A program made the translations under genes and the position numbers. A stretch of 63,960 nucleotides of DNA, the filler included, from Lama guanicoe (taxonomy: Eukaryota), in assembly GCA_013239625.1 (NCBI GenBank). It is 173 parts of 173 records of this genome, joined end to end, with 100 filler letters (N's around TTAATTAATTAA, not from the genome) between each part and the next. Parts side by side here need not be neighbours in the genome. Positions count along the whole stretch, not along the records: positions 62,577 to 62,847 come from PNXV01051542.1; positions 62,948 to 63,218 come from PNXV01051543.1; positions 63,319 to 63,589 come from PNXV01051544.1; positions 63,690 to 63,960 come from PNXV01051545.1; 169 more parts are not named here. One strand, 5' to 3'. The notes below the pieces were generated by a model. That model was not told the origin of the DNA. It worked only from the letters and a program-made list of their open reading frames with translations, and did not search any database. Shown one piece after another: positions 62,477 through 63,960 of this stretch; the first letter of the stretch is position 1; each line of letters begins with the position of its first letter.

Positions 62477-63960
62477 NNNNNNNNNNNNNNNNNNNNNNNN
62501 NNNNNNNNNNNNNNNNNNNNTTAATTAATTAANNNNNNNNNNNNNNNNNNNNNNNNNNNNNNNNNNNNNNNNNNNNGATGGATCTAACACATTGTGCCAA
62601 TTTTCGCCTCCAACAGTGTGAGATGCAGGATTCCAAATTGGAATCTCTACAGAGCTTAGGAGGAGAATTACTGATGTCTAAAAGTCTAACGATGTTTTCC
62701 TTTCCCCTTTCTTCAATACGGGAGCTTCCCTGTACAGGCCCACAATTTTATTCTCTCAAACAAATTCCCATTGATATTTTGAATGTTATTTCCACCTTTA
62801 TTATGTACACCCTGTACAACATGATGTATTCTTTTCCCTTTGTTCACNNNNNNNNNNNNNNNNNNNNNNNNNNNNNNNNNNNNNNNNNNNNTTAATTAAT
62901 TAANNNNNNNNNNNNNNNNNNNNNNNNNNNNNNNNNNNNNNNNNNNNAGTGCCTCCAGGCTGCACAAAGGGCAGAGAAAGAGCTACAGGAGCCCCATGGT
63001 GTTGGGAGCCTCCTGAAGGAGGATGCCAGGAGCTGTGCTGGCAGAGAAAACAGTCTCCAGTCACTCATGCCCAGCATGCCAGGCCAGAGGGGATCCTGTC
63101 AGGGACACAGATGTAGACTTCCCAGGCTGGACCTACTGTTGTGAGCAGGGACAGGATGGTGCAATGCTACCCTATGCTGGCAGCCTGGGATCAGTCCTGG
63201 TTATGATGGCCATGAGAANNNNNNNNNNNNNNNNNNNNNNNNNNNNNNNNNNNNNNNNNNNNTTAATTAATTAANNNNNNNNNNNNNNNNNNNNNNNNNN
63301 NNNNNNNNNNNNNNNNNNTTTGTTCTTTGGATTTTCAGCTCAGAATCAAACCTGGACACTAAACCTACCCTGTTTGAGAAAAATACATAAATATGGTAAT
63401 TGGATTCACCCAAGAGTGAACCTTTCAAATATAGGTGGGTCTTAAAAGTGCCTAGTATTAATTTTACATGTCACTCCTTCTCCATTTTTCAGTAGTTATT
63501 ATAATAAATAACTTAAGCGGGCTATGTCTATTTCCACTAGGGACTTGATTTTTCTTTCCCACAGAAATAAAATCTAATACATATCAACANNNNNNNNNNN
63601 NNNNNNNNNNNNNNNNNNNNNNNNNNNNNNNNNTTAATTAATTAANNNNNNNNNNNNNNNNNNNNNNNNNNNNNNNNNNNNNNNNNNNNATGGATGATGT
63701 TTAAAATTCTGCTAAATTAATAATCTTTAGCATCTGCCCCTCCATGGCTTTCACATTTTCAGTTGCTAAATAGATTTTAATTACATGCATAATCCAAACT
63801 AAAGTAAGTGGCAAATTTAAGATGTTTCTGACTTATAAAAATATAATTTAGAAAATGATCAAATAACTCAGTTTTTAGTAGGAGGGAGTATATAGGATTA
63901 ATCTGTTCGTCAATTTTTTTGTTACATTATTTTAATTGTTTTAGCTGTACTGTATTTAAT

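Overview
This window is not a contiguous locus. It is an artificial pseudo-scaffold of about 173 unrelated micro-contigs (nearly all 270 bp, then mostly 271 bp from about position 38468, so size-sorted). Each is joined by an identical 100-nt spacer, N44-TTAATTAATTAA-N44, which has stop codons in all six frames; spacers make up about 27% of the window. The DNA is mammalian and most likely camelid (alpaca/camel), based on a Vic-1-type tRNA-derived SINE and recurrent young artiodactyl-type L1 3' ends. Most recognisable content is transposon debris: L1, L2, MIR, MLT1/MLT2, MER21, ERV1, Tigger1/3, MER3/53/81. Recognisable gene-derived fragments are a mitochondrial ND5 NUMT, a frameshifted TRAV8-like TCR-alpha V exon, a PTPRH-like fibronectin-III exon with an intact splice acceptor, an OR6C-like olfactory receptor fragment and a decayed gammaretroviral gag matrix. 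There are also three CpG-island fragments, a candidate ~249-bp satellite monomer and a pair of 96%-identical contigs with exactly 49-bp shared ends. Adjacency carries no biological meaning here, so no multi-gene system can be supported. Almost all entries in the ORF track are spurious or run into spacers. Family names come from recalled consensus sequences and were not checked by database search.
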